From: a virus
IMG/VR virus record: IMGVR_UViG_3300029721_000003
Length of the DNA stretch: 59,290 nucleotides
Strand: one strand, 5' to 3'
This document shows positions 28,009 through 37,890 of this stretch, in pieces (positions within the stretch are counted from its first letter, which is position 1; each line of letters begins with the position of its first letter). The notes under the pieces are model-generated. The model searched no databases. It had not been told where the DNA came from and saw nothing but the letters and a program-made list of their open reading frames with translations. Both the position numbers and the translations under genes were made by a program.

Positions 28009-31000
28009 TCAATATGGAAAGGCTGCTTGACCTGTCATATTTGTATAGCTGTTAGCTTTATCTTGCACCATTGTAAACAGCTTATCTGCGTCACCTTGTA
28101 ATGTTATGTTTACATTGTTGTTAGCTTCTGACATAGCTGCTACAACCGCATTGTAAACGGCTGGATAAACTGCGTTGGCAATACCTGTTGTGATTTCCTG
28201 CTGATTGGCTACTGCTGTTCTTCCGTCCATAGTACCAACCATTTCGGGTCCAACTTCGTTTGCGACAAACAATTGTCCTTTGCCTGGGAATCCGCCGTTT
28301 GCATACCAATCAATACTGACTTTTGGCACTCTAGGCGGTGCAAGACTAAATTCTCCGTCAATCTTAAAGTGTGGTGTATCAATGTGTGGAAATTCAAGTC
28401 CTAAATCATTCCACCACTGCTTAAAGCTGTTCCAAGCGTTCTGTATCTTAGTTTTAAAATCTTCGATAGCCACAGAAATGCGTTGAAGTGCTGGTTTGCT
28501 ATCCCACCAATCTACAACATCATCCCACTTCCCTTGAATGCCTTTTTTAATTCCGTCAGCCAAGCTTTCCCATTTTTCCTTAGTAAACCACGGTTTCACA
28601 TCATTGCTCCACCAAGAAACAATTGCAAGGCTGTTCCACCAACCAACGATTGAATCCCATTTTTCTTGTATTCCTAATTTCATTCCGTCAACAGCGTCAA
28701 CCCATGTATCTTTTTCAAACCACGGTGCAACATTATTATTCCACCAGCTAACAATAGCTGTATTGCCCCACCAATCTGAAAAACTGTTCCATTTTTCGCT
28801 TAAAGATGTTTTTATGTTGTCTCCCAGTTCTCCCCATTTCTCCTTAGTAAACCATGGTGCAACACTTGTAGTCCACCAATTTGCTATATCATCTTTATGT
28901 CCAAATGTGATAGTTTCTATCACTCCGTCAATAAAGCTAGGTAAATCTTCAAATGGTGCTTTTATAAGATATGCTATTTGGTCAAACATTGACATATCTA
29001 TTTTCTCGCCTGTTAATTTTTCATTGAGCCAATTACCTAAATTAAATCCAGCAATAGCAGCTACTATTCCACCTACTATTCCAGCACCTATAGTTAAACC
29101 TATTTCTGTTGCTGTTCCTGCTCCTATAATAGTGCCTATATCTGTTGTAAGTAATCCACCTATTCCTGATATTATGCTGCCTGTTCCAAATGATTTTAAA
29201 GCACCTTTAATACTTGTTCCTATTACTGTAACAAGTTTCTTTTTCAAAACACTTCCTAAGCCTGTAAATTTCAATGCTACTATAGCCGTTATTAAAGTCG
29301 TTTCAATTGGTGCTGCCGTAAATGAACCACTCCATAATTCGATAACTGCTTTAATGGCTTGCCATAACACATTACCAAGGCTTGAAAATATTTCAACCCA
29401 ATTAAGTCCAGCTAAATACTCTCCTATATTATGTCCAATTGTATACCAAGGAACATCATCTATAGCCTTTGCAAACCAATTAAAAATTCCTGCCACAAGG
29501 TTAGATGTATCTTGTCCTGCTGCATAGAAATCCCCGATTGCAAAATCTTTGAATATCTTCCTAACAGGTTCAAGTGCTTTCTCTATCTTATCAGCCCAAG
29601 CAACCGCCGAATTTTCCATATTTGCAAATGCTTTATTCCATGCCGTTTCATAATCAGCCGCCGCCTTAGTAATATCGTCTGTCAAATCAATAGTGCTACC
29701 GCCACCACCGCTTGAACCCTTGCTTGAGCTTGTATCGTCCTGCAATTTATTTATTTCATCAAATCCCATAAGGGATAATGTAGCTTTCTTAGCTGAATCG
29801 GCTACATCTTGGTAGCCGTCTGAAATATCTTCTAAGCCGTCTGATGTGTCTTTATAGCCACTTTGTCCGAAACTTTCAAAATCAATCTTAACGCCCATTA
29901 AAGAAGCAAGGCTGACTAATAATCTTTTGATTGCAATAGCTACCCCGTTTACTATCGGCATAACCTTTGAAAGAATTGGGATGAATAGCTGTCCTGCTAC
30001 CATTCCTACCTCTTTCATATTGTTACTGAACTGGCGTAACATATTTGATGGGCTGTTGATAGTGTTTGCTAAATCGCCCCAAGATACTTTACTTTGGTCT
30101 AATATTGCTAACACTCTTAACTGCTGTTTTTCCATCTGTGTCATTTCTGATACAGACTTGGAAATGCCTAAGTTATAAGCGTATGTCGCTAATGTAGCGT
30201 TAGTAATATCAATACCATACTTATACAGTGCTCTTGATTGACCGATTAAGCCACTTTGTAAGTTCTGTGCTACTGTTGAATAGTCCACATTAAAAAGTGA
30301 GCTTATATCGCCTGCAAGCATTGTCATTGACTTTGTTATTGCCGTTGTTGCTTCGCCTGTCTGTCCTAATGAGTTAGTGACAGAAGCTAACTGTGAAGCG
30401 TACTGCGTTATCTCTTGTATGTTAAGTCCTAAGTTCTTTGCTCCACTTTCTTCAAGTAAACCGCCTTGAACATTAACTTTTAAGCCAGATAACTTTCCAA
30501 GAGTATCATTTACTCTGCTTTTAAAACTTTCTGCGTATGCTGTTGCATTATCATATCCGTACTTTTCATAATCCTTATCCCATTCTGAACCAATCTTACC
30601 AAATGCTACCGCTTGATAGTTGAACGCTTCAATGTAATCTGTTGTTGACTTGATGGCTTCTATAAGTTTCTTGCTACCACGAATTACCATAAAATAGGTG
30701 GCATAAAATCTACCTATTGCACTCGCAAGACTGCCAAAGCCTTTTTTAGCTTTAGATGTACTTGAATAGGTGTTATTGAAAGACCTTATTAAACCACTGC
30801 TTGCAGTTCCAGCTTTGCCGCCTTGGCTAGCAAGATTAGCCAAGGCGTTAGTCATTTGAATGACATTTTGACTTACTGTTGGTGCTCTTGATAGCGTTGT
30901 CATTAAGCCATTTAAAGCATTGCCTAGCTTTGGAATGTTTACAACGGCGTTTTCTATACTCTTACTGCCTAGCTTACCAAGTGACTTTGCAAATTCTGTG

Positions 31001-31335
31001 ACCTGTGTTGCATTTTGAGGAATAGCTGATATGCTTGCAACTGCCTTTGTGACAGCTTGAAGTGATGTAGCTGTGTTAGTTAGGGCAACTGAATCAACAG
31101 AACCTATCTTTGTGATATTCTTAGCAAGCCTTGTAAAATCTGCTGTTCCTACGTTCATATTCTGCATAGCAGAACCTAACTGACTAACACCGCTCGCAAG
31201 GCTGTTTAGTGATGAGCCATTTGCAGTCGCAAGTGATGTTGACAGCCTTGTAAGATGTTCTATTAGTGTATCAACAGAATCAATAGCTTTCTTGGCAGTA
31301 CCGGTAATTTTGACTTCTAAACTGTCTAATTCCAC
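28009..31335 (-). CDS. Tail tape measure protein
   Basis: 1108 aa; Ala/Gly/Ser-rich helical sequence, internal W-x-x-x-W repeats, hydrophobic segment; follows the chaperone pair. Confidence 0.9.
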   Translation of the reverse strand: MELDSLEVKITGTAKKAIDSVDTLIEHLTRLSTSLATANGSSLNSLASGVSQLGSAMQNMNVGTADFTRLAKNITKIGSVDSVALTNTATSLQAVTKAVASISAIPQNATQVTEFAKSLGKLGSKSIENAVVNIPKLGNALNGLMTTLSRAPTVSQNVIQMTNALANLASQGGKAGTASSGLIRSFNNTYSSTSKAKKGFGSLASAIGRFYATYFMVIRGSKKLIEAIKSTTDYIEAFNYQAVAFGKIGSEWDKDYEKYGYDNATAYAESFKSRVNDTLGKLSGLKVNVQGGLLEESGAKNLGLNIQEITQYASQLASVTNSLGQTGEATTAITKSMTMLAGDISSLFNVDYSTVAQNLQSGLIGQSRALYKYGIDITNATLATYAYNLGISKSVSEMTQMEKQQLRVLAILDQSKVSWGDLANTINSPSNMLRQFSNNMKEVGMVAGQLFIPILSKVMPIVNGVAIAIKRLLVSLASLMGVKIDFESFGQSGYKDTSDGLEDISDGYQDVADSAKKATLSLMGFDEINKLQDDTSSSKGSSGGGGSTIDLTDDITKAAADYETAWNKAFANMENSAVAWADKIEKALEPVRKIFKDFAIGDFYAAGQDTSNLVAGIFNWFAKAIDDVPWYTIGHNIGEYLAGLNWVEIFSSLGNVLWQAIKAVIELWSGSFTAAPIETTLITAIVALKFTGLGSVLKKKLVTVIGTSIKGALKSFGTGSIISGIGGLLTTDIGTIIGAGTATEIGLTIGAGIVGGIVAAIAGFNLGNWLNEKLTGEKIDMSMFDQIAYLIKAPFEDLPSFIDGVIETITFGHKDDIANWWTTSVAPWFTKEKWGELGDNIKTSLSEKWNSFSDWWGNTAIVSWWNNNVAPWFEKDTWVDAVDGMKLGIQEKWDSIVGWWNSLAIVSWWSNDVKPWFTKEKWESLADGIKKGIQGKWDDVVDWWDSKPALQRISVAIEDFKTKIQNAWNSFKQWWNDLGLEFPHIDTPHFKIDGEFSLAPPRVPKVSIDWYANGGFPGKGQLFVANEVGPEMVGTMDGRTAVANQQEITTGIANAVYPAVYNAVVAAMSEANNNVNITLQGDADKLFTMVQDKANSYTNMTGQAAFPY

Positions 31336-31349
31336 GCTTTAACCCCCTT

Positions 31350-31735
31350 TTATAGGATTGTTGGCGGTAGTCCTCTCTTTTCAGCTCGTGCCGCCCATTT
31401 CTGTTCATTGAGTAACATTCGCTGTAACTCTTTATCGTAGGTATCTTCTTCGCTTTCTTCCGTTTTTTCTGATAAAATAGCCTGCTTCGGATATTCAATG
31501 TGTGTATCTTTACTAAATGCCGCACCAATGCCGCAAGAAATAGCCGGTATTGCATAGGCAAGAAACCAGTTATACATTTCTGAATCGCGATTTTGCCTAT
31601 CAATCTTTTTGCCTTTTGCATATAGTAATAATTTTGTAGGTGTCATTTTTAGAAAGTCTGAATAACTAACGCCTAGTGAACTGGCTAAGACAAAGTATTC
31701 TTCCCATATTATTTTGTGGAAGTCTGCTTTTTCTT
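31350..31735 (-). CDS. Tail assembly chaperone -1 frame extension (gpT-like part)
   Basis: This frame is open from within the 3' end of 31709-32197 (...GPQEKADFHKIIWEEYFVLASSLGVSYSDFLKMTPTK...). GAAAAAG slippery-like run at 31727-31735. Confidence 0.45.
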
Positions 31736-32197
31736 GTGGTCCTGTGGAACTACTGTCGGCTTCTTCTGCTCCTGTGCCGCTTCTTCCACATTGTTCGCCA
31801 TTTCCTCTAACATCGTTGTTATCCCCGACAGCTCGAAAAAACCATCATCTTCCATCGCTTTCTTGATTTCTTCAAACAATGTTCTATATCCGTAACTCTT
31901 ATCTGTCTTTCTTTTCTCTGTAATATATGCCCTAGTGAGTTCCTTTGCTTCATTCATAGTTACTGGGTTATTGTCAATACAGCCTGCATAAATGGCTAAA
32001 ATGCAAATCTCTGGCACATCTGCTGTCATATTTGCCAAGCCGTCAAAAGAAGCCTGTGCAATACTTTTATCTGTCTGTGCAAGTAAGTAAGAACCGTTAA
32101 CAACAGAAAACATTTTCTGTACTATCTCTTTGCACTCTGCTGCGCCAAAAGAGAACTCAACTTTGTATTCTTTTCCGTTTACATTAATATTCATCAT
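31709..32197 (-). CDS. Tail assembly chaperone (gpG-like)
   Basis: MMNINVNGKEYKVEFSFGAA...; position between the major tail and tape measure genes. Confidence 0.6.
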   Translation of the reverse strand: MMNINVNGKEYKVEFSFGAAECKEIVQKMFSVVNGSYLLAQTDKSIAQASFDGLANMTADVPEICILAIYAGCIDNNPVTMNEAKELTRAYITEKRKTDKSYGYRTLFEEIKKAMEDDGFFELSGITTMLEEMANNVEEAAQEQKKPTVVPQDHKKKQTSTK

Positions 32198-32369
32198 AAT
32201 TTTTACCCTTTCCCACCCTATCATTTATATAGGGAAAGGTGCGGATTTTACACCGCACCTACCTTTTAAATTAATTATTCTGTTACATCATCAAGATATG
32301 ATGTATAGTCGGCTGTTTTGGCGTTTGTGTCACCAATCGACACAGCCTTTGATTTAGTCGATTGGCTTA

Positions 32370-32852
32370 TCATTCCCCCACCTTTGTTACCGTGAATGTG
32401 CCACCAGCACCTTCGACAACTTGAAGCTTGTCTGTGCATTCTATAGGTGAAGTGTTAGGAACTGCTGTTACTGTCATTTCAAGTACCGAATCAGTACCAG
32501 AAACATCGTTAGGTGTTGCTGTTACCTGTCCGACAAATGCGTACTTAGCAACCGCACCTAATCCGTCAGAGCCATATAACTGAATAATATCTAACTGCTT
32601 GCCCTCTGCCTTGATTAAGTCCTGTAAATAAGCCTTTTCAAGATTTCCTGTGTAAGTCTTAGCGTCAGATGTTTTGATACCCATTAAGAATGTCTGTGAA
32701 TCATCTTCAAATGTTGTGCTTTCAACTGTGTTAGGTGCTGATACTGGTGCTGAAATTGACTTAGCCGCAACCATTAACTTATATGAGCCTGCAAAACCAT
32801 CTTCACTATGCTCCTTGTAGATGACCCTAGCTTTATAACTTGTACTTGCCAT
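32370..32852 (-). CDS. Major tail protein
   Basis: 160 aa, position and composition; strong RBS. Confidence 0.65.
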   Translation of the reverse strand: MASTSYKARVIYKEHSEDGFAGSYKLMVAAKSISAPVSAPNTVESTTFEDDSQTFLMGIKTSDAKTYTGNLEKAYLQDLIKAEGKQLDIIQLYGSDGLGAVAKYAFVGQVTATPNDVSGTDSVLEMTVTAVPNTSPIECTDKLQVVEGAGGTFTVTKVGE

Positions 32853-32907
32853 TGCTTTGTCTACCTCCTAAAAATTTGCAAAAAAATAAGAGCATTTCTG
32901 CTCTTTG

Positions 32908-33324
32908 TTACAATAATCTATCATTTGCCGCTATCATTCTTCTGAATCTAGCGGTACTCTTATGTACTTTGTTACTGATTGAGAACTCTGGCATTGCATT
33001 GCCTTGAAATCTCATTGTCTTAAATGTATCTGTAATTACTGCCATAACCTTACGACAGTCAGACTTGCTTGTGTTAGTGGTAACGTCTACTTGAAATGTT
33101 GCTAACAATGCGTTAATTGTCTGTCCGTCAAGCGTTTGTCCTTGTTCAACTGCTGGCAGTAAATGAATGTATACTGTCGGGAATACTGCTTGACCGCTGT
33201 TTTCCCCCTCATTTGTTATGACTATCTTTGGATATTTCTTTTTAAGCTGTGTTAGGGTTGTAGACTTGACAAGCGCTGTGACTGTATTCTCGAGGTCTAT
33301 CGCCCAATCGTTTGCATTTGCCAT
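32908..33324 (-). CDS. Tail completion / terminator-type protein
   Basis: Position upstream of the major tail gene. Confidence 0.45.
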   Translation of the reverse strand: MANANDWAIDLENTVTALVKSTTLTQLKKKYPKIVITNEGENSGQAVFPTVYIHLLPAVEQGQTLDGQTINALLATFQVDVTTNTSKSDCRKVMAVITDTFKTMRFQGNAMPEFSISNKVHKSTARFRRMIAANDRLL

Positions 33325-33860
33325 TAACTAAACACCTCTCTTGCTATCTGCTTATACTGATTAATAATCTCCATTGTGGCGTTGTACATAGGCATTGTAG
33401 CTTTAACGCCATGAGTAGGTTTCCAACTTCCACTTTGTTCATCCCAAAACCACCATGTGTCGTTCCAAGCATTAACCTGTCCCGGGTATGTGCCAACTCC
33501 TAGTCCTAATTCATCAGCTTTAGGATTGGCAATAGCGTTATAATGAATACCAGCGCCAAATTCAATTGCTAATAGCGTGTAAAATGGCTCTCTATCTTCT
33601 ACTTCAACAGTTTTACCGGTAGCAATCAGAATAGCTTGGTAGCCATCTTGAATAGGCTTTCTGTCAACTCTCAATGTTACTGTCCTACCTAATGGACTTT
33701 CATTAACACTCATAATTGCTGCTTTGTCGCCTAATTCTGCTAGTCGTTCAACAAGTAATTCACATTTATACTGCAAACTCTGCTTGTACTGTTGTAGCTG
33801 TCTGATAGCTTCATTTACGGACTTTTCAGACAAGGATATATTAATTGTATGTCTTGCCAT
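33324..33860 (-). CDS. Head-tail joining protein (gp10-like position)
   Basis: Position only. Confidence 0.4.
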   Translation of the reverse strand: MARHTINISLSEKSVNEAIRQLQQYKQSLQYKCELLVERLAELGDKAAIMSVNESPLGRTVTLRVDRKPIQDGYQAILIATGKTVEVEDREPFYTLLAIEFGAGIHYNAIANPKADELGLGVGTYPGQVNAWNDTWWFWDEQSGSWKPTHGVKATMPMYNATMEIINQYKQIAREVFS

Positions 33861-33867
33861 AATGCAC

Positions 33868-34326
33868 CTACTTTACAACTGCTTTAAGCATATACTTAGT
33901 TGAATATAATGCTGGCTTAATGCCTACAATCGTGAAGTCTGCTGACGTTTCATCAACAAGTCCGTCAGATGTGTATGTAGGCTTGCTATCAAGCCAGATA
34001 AGGTCGCCTTTTTGAATAGGCAACACATTCCTATCTGTCAGCAAAATAGCGTCAAAATCAGCGGTATCAAAGCCGTATTCCTTGCTTTGTGCTTCTCCAC
34101 CGCTGAAAGCTATGTTTGCTTTGAAATCGACTGGTTCTGAAAAACCTGTTTTTTCTTCAAGGACTTTAGGTATCTTGTTCCCATCATCATCAAGATAAGG
34201 AATGAAGTTACCCTCTGTGTCGGTATATCCCTCATATAGGATGTTGCCCTCATCATCTCTTTCATAGATAGTTACCGTCTGTCCTTGAAGCGAATACTTC
34301 ATAGCCTGCTTATTAATGTCAAGCAT
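33868..34326 (-). CDS. Head closure / head-tail joining protein
   Basis: Position only. Confidence 0.4.
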   Translation of the reverse strand: MLDINKQAMKYSLQGQTVTIYERDDEGNILYEGYTDTEGNFIPYLDDDGNKIPKVLEEKTGFSEPVDFKANIAFSGGEAQSKEYGFDTADFDAILLTDRNVLPIQKGDLIWLDSKPTYTSDGLVDETSADFTIVGIKPALYSTKYMLKAVVK

Positions 34327-34327
34327 A

Positions 34328-34654
34328 TTACTTCACATCCTTGCCAAATCGCTTCCATAGTTCAGACAGCTTCTCCCAACCGTACATTGCTACAAAAGCA
34401 ACAACAAATCCTGCCATAATCGCCGCAAGAATCATGTACCACAGTATTGTCATCTGAATATACTGCATATAAGCAACAAATGCCGCTACAGTAATACCGA
34501 TTGACAGGACAAATACCACAATATCTGTAGGTACCTTATTGAATACCCCAATACCCTTGATTACCTGTGTAATTACAGATACCATAAAGGCTAATGCCCC
34601 GATGATTGCTAACACGATTGTCATATTTGCGATTAATGCCTGCATAATTTCCAT
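34328..34654 (-). CDS. Holin-like multi-TM protein
   Basis: MEIMQALIANMTIVLAIIGALAFMVSVITQVIKGIG...; 3-4 TM segments and a charged C-terminus; GGAGG RBS. Confidence 0.6.
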   Translation of the reverse strand: MEIMQALIANMTIVLAIIGALAFMVSVITQVIKGIGVFNKVPTDIVVFVLSIGITVAAFVAYMQYIQMTILWYMILAAIMAGFVVAFVAMYGWEKLSELWKRFGKDVK

Positions 34655-34658
34655 TCTG

Positions 34659-35000
34659 CTATACCTCCTTATCTTCATTAAGTCGTGCTTCCAATCCGTC
34701 TATTCGGTGGTGCGCCGACTTTACACTTTCCTCAACCTTAATAATCCTGTTATCATGAGAATTAAGCTCTTTTCTCATTTCTATAACTTCATTTTTTATC
34801 TCTGTTGTGTTGCCTGATATTGTGTCAAGTTTCATATTTATGCGTGTATTTTCCTTTACACGCTCCGTAAGTTCTGCATTGTCAGACTTTTTGTTGTTCT
34901 TAAGATTAAATCCCAACGTAAACAGTCCGAAAAAGACGGAAAAAGCAACTGAAATAATGCTTATAATTACTGCTATTGGCATTGATATACCGCCTTTCAT
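34659..35000 (-). CDS. Membrane-anchored coiled-coil protein (XhlA-like lysis accessory?)
   Basis: N-terminal TM PIAVIISIISVAFSVFFGLFTLGF, then coiled coil; start uncertain (35000 or 34982). Confidence 0.4.
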   Translation of the reverse strand: MKGGISMPIAVIISIISVAFSVFFGLFTLGFNLKNNKKSDNAELTERVKENTRINMKLDTISGNTTEIKNEVIEMRKELNSHDNRIIKVEESVKSAHHRIDGLEARLNEDKEV

Positions 35001-35072
35001 AATTAATAATGGCACACCGCCCACCACCCTTAATGTGTGCCGCCTGCTACCGTATTGGTAACGCACAATCTT

Positions 35073-35450
35073 CTATAAAACCTTAGCAAAAGGAAATACC
35101 CCAACAAATAAGCTATCTCTATCTCTCCAAGTTCTGTTGACACCGCCCTCATTCATACTCGCCATGTAGTTCTCACCAGCTTGTGAATGGTCATACACAG
35201 CCAGATTAACAATAACACTCTCAAATTTCTTCAAGTCCTCGGTTATCATTTCATCTGTGTAGCTGTCGGGGTAATTTCTTCTTGCCTTTACATCTTCTGT
35301 AGCCTGTTTAATAAGTTGTTCGATTATTGGATTATCTTCTTTGCTATCGAACACGACCACATCAGATGTTGTTTCATCATCATTTGTGACTGTCTCAATA
35401 TGAAATTGTCCGAGTCTGATTTTAACTTGCTCTAATGTGGTGTATTCCAT
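35073..35450 (-). CDS. Head-tail connector (gp6-like adaptor)
   Basis: Position after the capsid gene; MEYTTLEQVKIRLG... pattern. Confidence 0.5.
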   Translation of the reverse strand: MEYTTLEQVKIRLGQFHIETVTNDDETTSDVVVFDSKEDNPIIEQLIKQATEDVKARRNYPDSYTDEMITEDLKKFESVIVNLAVYDHSQAGENYMASMNEGGVNRTWRDRDSLFVGVFPFAKVL

Positions 35451-35461
35451 AATTTCAACTC

Positions 35462-35740
35462 CTATAACCCTAATTTCTCAATTAACAGTTCTTTAAGTTC
35501 TGCTCCTGTAAGCTCCATTGCGTTCTCAATACCTTGTTCTAAGGCAAGCGTCTGCAAGTCCGCTGTTGGCATACGTTTAATAGCTGTCTTTGTGTAATCG
35601 CTTGTCGGTTGAGTAGGGAACTTGTCCTGCTCTTCCTCATACTTAAGCTCATCTCCATAAACAGCTTCCTGTCTTACATTATCTGCTGTTACTTCTTCGC
35701 TCTGCTTTGCGGCGTTGATTTTATGTCGTCTTAATAACAT
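35462..35740 (-). CDS. Small head-module protein with C-terminal HeH/Rho-N-like motif
   Basis: ...DLQTLALEQGIENAMELTGAELKELLIEKLGL. Confidence 0.45.
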   Translation of the reverse strand: MLLRRHKINAAKQSEEVTADNVRQEAVYGDELKYEEEQDKFPTQPTSDYTKTAIKRMPTADLQTLALEQGIENAMELTGAELKELLIEKLGL

Positions 35741-35751
35741 ATAAACACCTC

Positions 35752-36623
35752 TTACTTTCCGAACTTAGCAAGAACAACCTTTGAATCATTGCTTAAGACT
35801 GCTGTATAGTGTTCATCACCAGAGATAACAGTTGTCTTTGCAAGAATATCTCTGTCTGATTCAATCTCAACGCTTCTCTTCATATAGATTGTAAGTGCGT
35901 TCTCTTCCTCTGATACGCCATCTGCACCTGTGTCCTCGTTAGGGTCTTCTGCTGATACGATAACAATAGGACAAGCGTAGAACTCTGTTGCAACAGCCTT
36001 TAACTTGCTACCTACCTTAATTTCCTTACCCTTTGGCTTAAGCGTATGTGCAAGTGCTGTGTCAAGGTGAACATTCGTTGTATCCTCGTTTGTTGTATCA
36101 GCCACAACATTGATTGTTCCTGTTGAATCATCAAGCTCATACTTAACTAACTTAACTTTCTTTGACTTAACAACCTGCGCTCCTGCAATAGAACCGATAG
36201 TTCCATTCATAATTACATTAAGTGGGTACTTGTCATTGCTCTTGAAATCATCGTCATTAAGTAATGTGGCTTCCTGTGCCGGATTGATGAACAATATCTT
36301 TGTAAGTGATGAATCTGATTCATCATCAAATTTGCTATTAGCTGCTACAACTGCTGAATAGCTGATAGGTGCTGCTGTTCCATCGTAATCAATAGGTGCT
36401 GTGCAAAGTGCGTCATAGCTGTCATTATCAACCTTTGCAGCGATTGACATAGCAATCTGATTGATAGCTGTACCAAGCGGGTCGCCATAACCAGATAATA
36501 CTGATTCGTCTGTAAGTTCTACTGCCTTACCTGCTTTCTTAACCTTTGCTTCTGTTGTAGATGTTGTAAGTACTGTTGTACCCATAGCAACACCTTCTGC
36601 TACATCTTCTGCGTCACCAATAT
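35752..36623 (-). CDS. Major capsid protein, exon 2
   Basis: ...IGDAEDVAEGVAMGTTVL... to the stop at 35752. The track ORF start (GTG at 36636) is an artefact of the intron. Confidence 0.8.
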
Positions 36624-37890
36624 CATTGACATTCACATAGGTTCGCTAATTCCTATGCCGTTCTCTAACGAACTGCTATACATTACTGCATAGATTAGAC
36701 TATATCTTCAACTTTTGGTAATAAAAAAAGATGTGCTTTTGCACATCTTAAAGTTGCTCTCCATTTCCACACGCTTGTGTGTACTCCCTTTCGGGATAGT
36801 CGTTGAACCTTACATATTTAACAAGAAATTATCTAACTGCCTTTTAGCTTTATCGTTCCTTATCCACCAATAAGGAATTCTTAATAATGGAATGTTATGT
36901 TCTCTGCAATATTCATTTTTTATTTCATCGTGCTTCTTGGTCATTTCGTAGCTAAATATTGACCTGCTAGAAAAATGCTGAATACCGTCAAATTCCACAA
37001 GCCTAATTTCTCCATTTTGAAAAACAGCAAAATCAAACGGTAGTGGTAATGTATCTTTGCAATCAATAAATTTATATTGTTGAGAATACTTTAATCCATT
37101 TTCTTTTAGATATTCGCTAATGAACAACTCTCCTTTAGAAATCATACATTTAGGACACCTTTCTTCTCTTAAAAGGTCTTTAGGAATCACTTCCCATTCA
37201 TATCCGCATATATGTTTTACTTTTATAGGTGTCCTGTTATTGACATATTCTCCCATAATTGTATATTTCCCGGGATATTTTGTTTCAATTTCATCAATAA
37301 ATTTACTTGTATCTTTCATTCCGTGACATATAGGACAACCGCTTCCTTGTAACAAGTTTCCAGCATTCACTTTGTATCTATGATTGCACTTAAGATTTAT
37401 CACATCAATTTTGCTATTAACTCCATTGTAGTCTCCCACAACTTTAATCCAATCAATTCCTTTACCTCTCAAATCCTTTTCGTATCTTTCTTTAGTTTTA
37501 GTTTTTGAAATTGATATTGATTTTCCCTTACACTTTCCGCAACCTTGATGTGCTAAAAGCTTGATAGGTGCTTTCATTTCAGAATGCCCGCATTTTTTGT
37601 ATTTGACAAGTATCTTTTCTTTATTGTTTTTATACTTCCCTAACACTTCCAATGTGTTGCCATATATATCGTTTATTTCTTTTTTAAATTGTTCATCAGT
37701 TTTTCTTTTCATTTTCGTTCCTCCGTATTTGCATTATATCATATATTGCACAACATATCAATACTTTGGAACTATATGTTAAATATGTCTTGGTTGCTGA
37801 TTGTCCTAAAGTTGTGACATTTCTTTAGGAGTTTCCAGCAGTTAAAAGAGTTTTCGATAACTGTTACCAGTTAAAGGCGCATATATGTTT
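36624..37890 (-). mobile_element. Group I intron with internal homing-endonuclease ORF
   Basis: Core elements on the minus strand: P AACTGCTGGAAAC (37843-37831), Q CAATCAGCAAC (37803-37793), R GGTTCAACGACTATC (36809-36795), S GAAGATATAGTCTAATC (36709-36693). P/Q and R/S are complementary. GNRA-capped hairpins are present. Confidence 0.8.
36810..37712 (-). CDS. Intron-encoded homing endonuclease: three zinc-ribbon modules plus Vsr/DUF559-like PD-(D/E)xK domain
   Basis: KCGH..CGKCKG, KCNH..CPICHG, ICGY..CPKC repeats; C-terminal SKGELFISEYL...LPFDFAVFQNGEIRLVEFDGIQHF; GGAGG RBS. Confidence 0.65.
   Translation of the reverse strand: MKRKTDEQFKKEINDIYGNTLEVLGKYKNNKEKILVKYKKCGHSEMKAPIKLLAHQGCGKCKGKSISISKTKTKERYEKDLRGKGIDWIKVVGDYNGVNSKIDVINLKCNHRYKVNAGNLLQGSGCPICHGMKDTSKFIDEIETKYPGKYTIMGEYVNNRTPIKVKHICGYEWEVIPKDLLREERCPKCMISKGELFISEYLKENGLKYSQQYKFIDCKDTLPLPFDFAVFQNGEIRLVEFDGIQHFSSRSIFSYEMTKKHDEIKNEYCREHNIPLLRIPYWWIRNDKAKRQLDNFLLNM

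Noticed and set aside
28538-29527. 329-aa plus-strand ORF, and many other plus-strand ORFs at 12382-13614, 21440-23865, 38141-39772 and 41305-42351
   Set aside because: They lie antisense inside strongly supported minus-strand genes. They have low-complexity Ser/Leu/Phe/Ile-rich translations and no RBS. They are typical shadow ORFs of AT-rich coding sequence.
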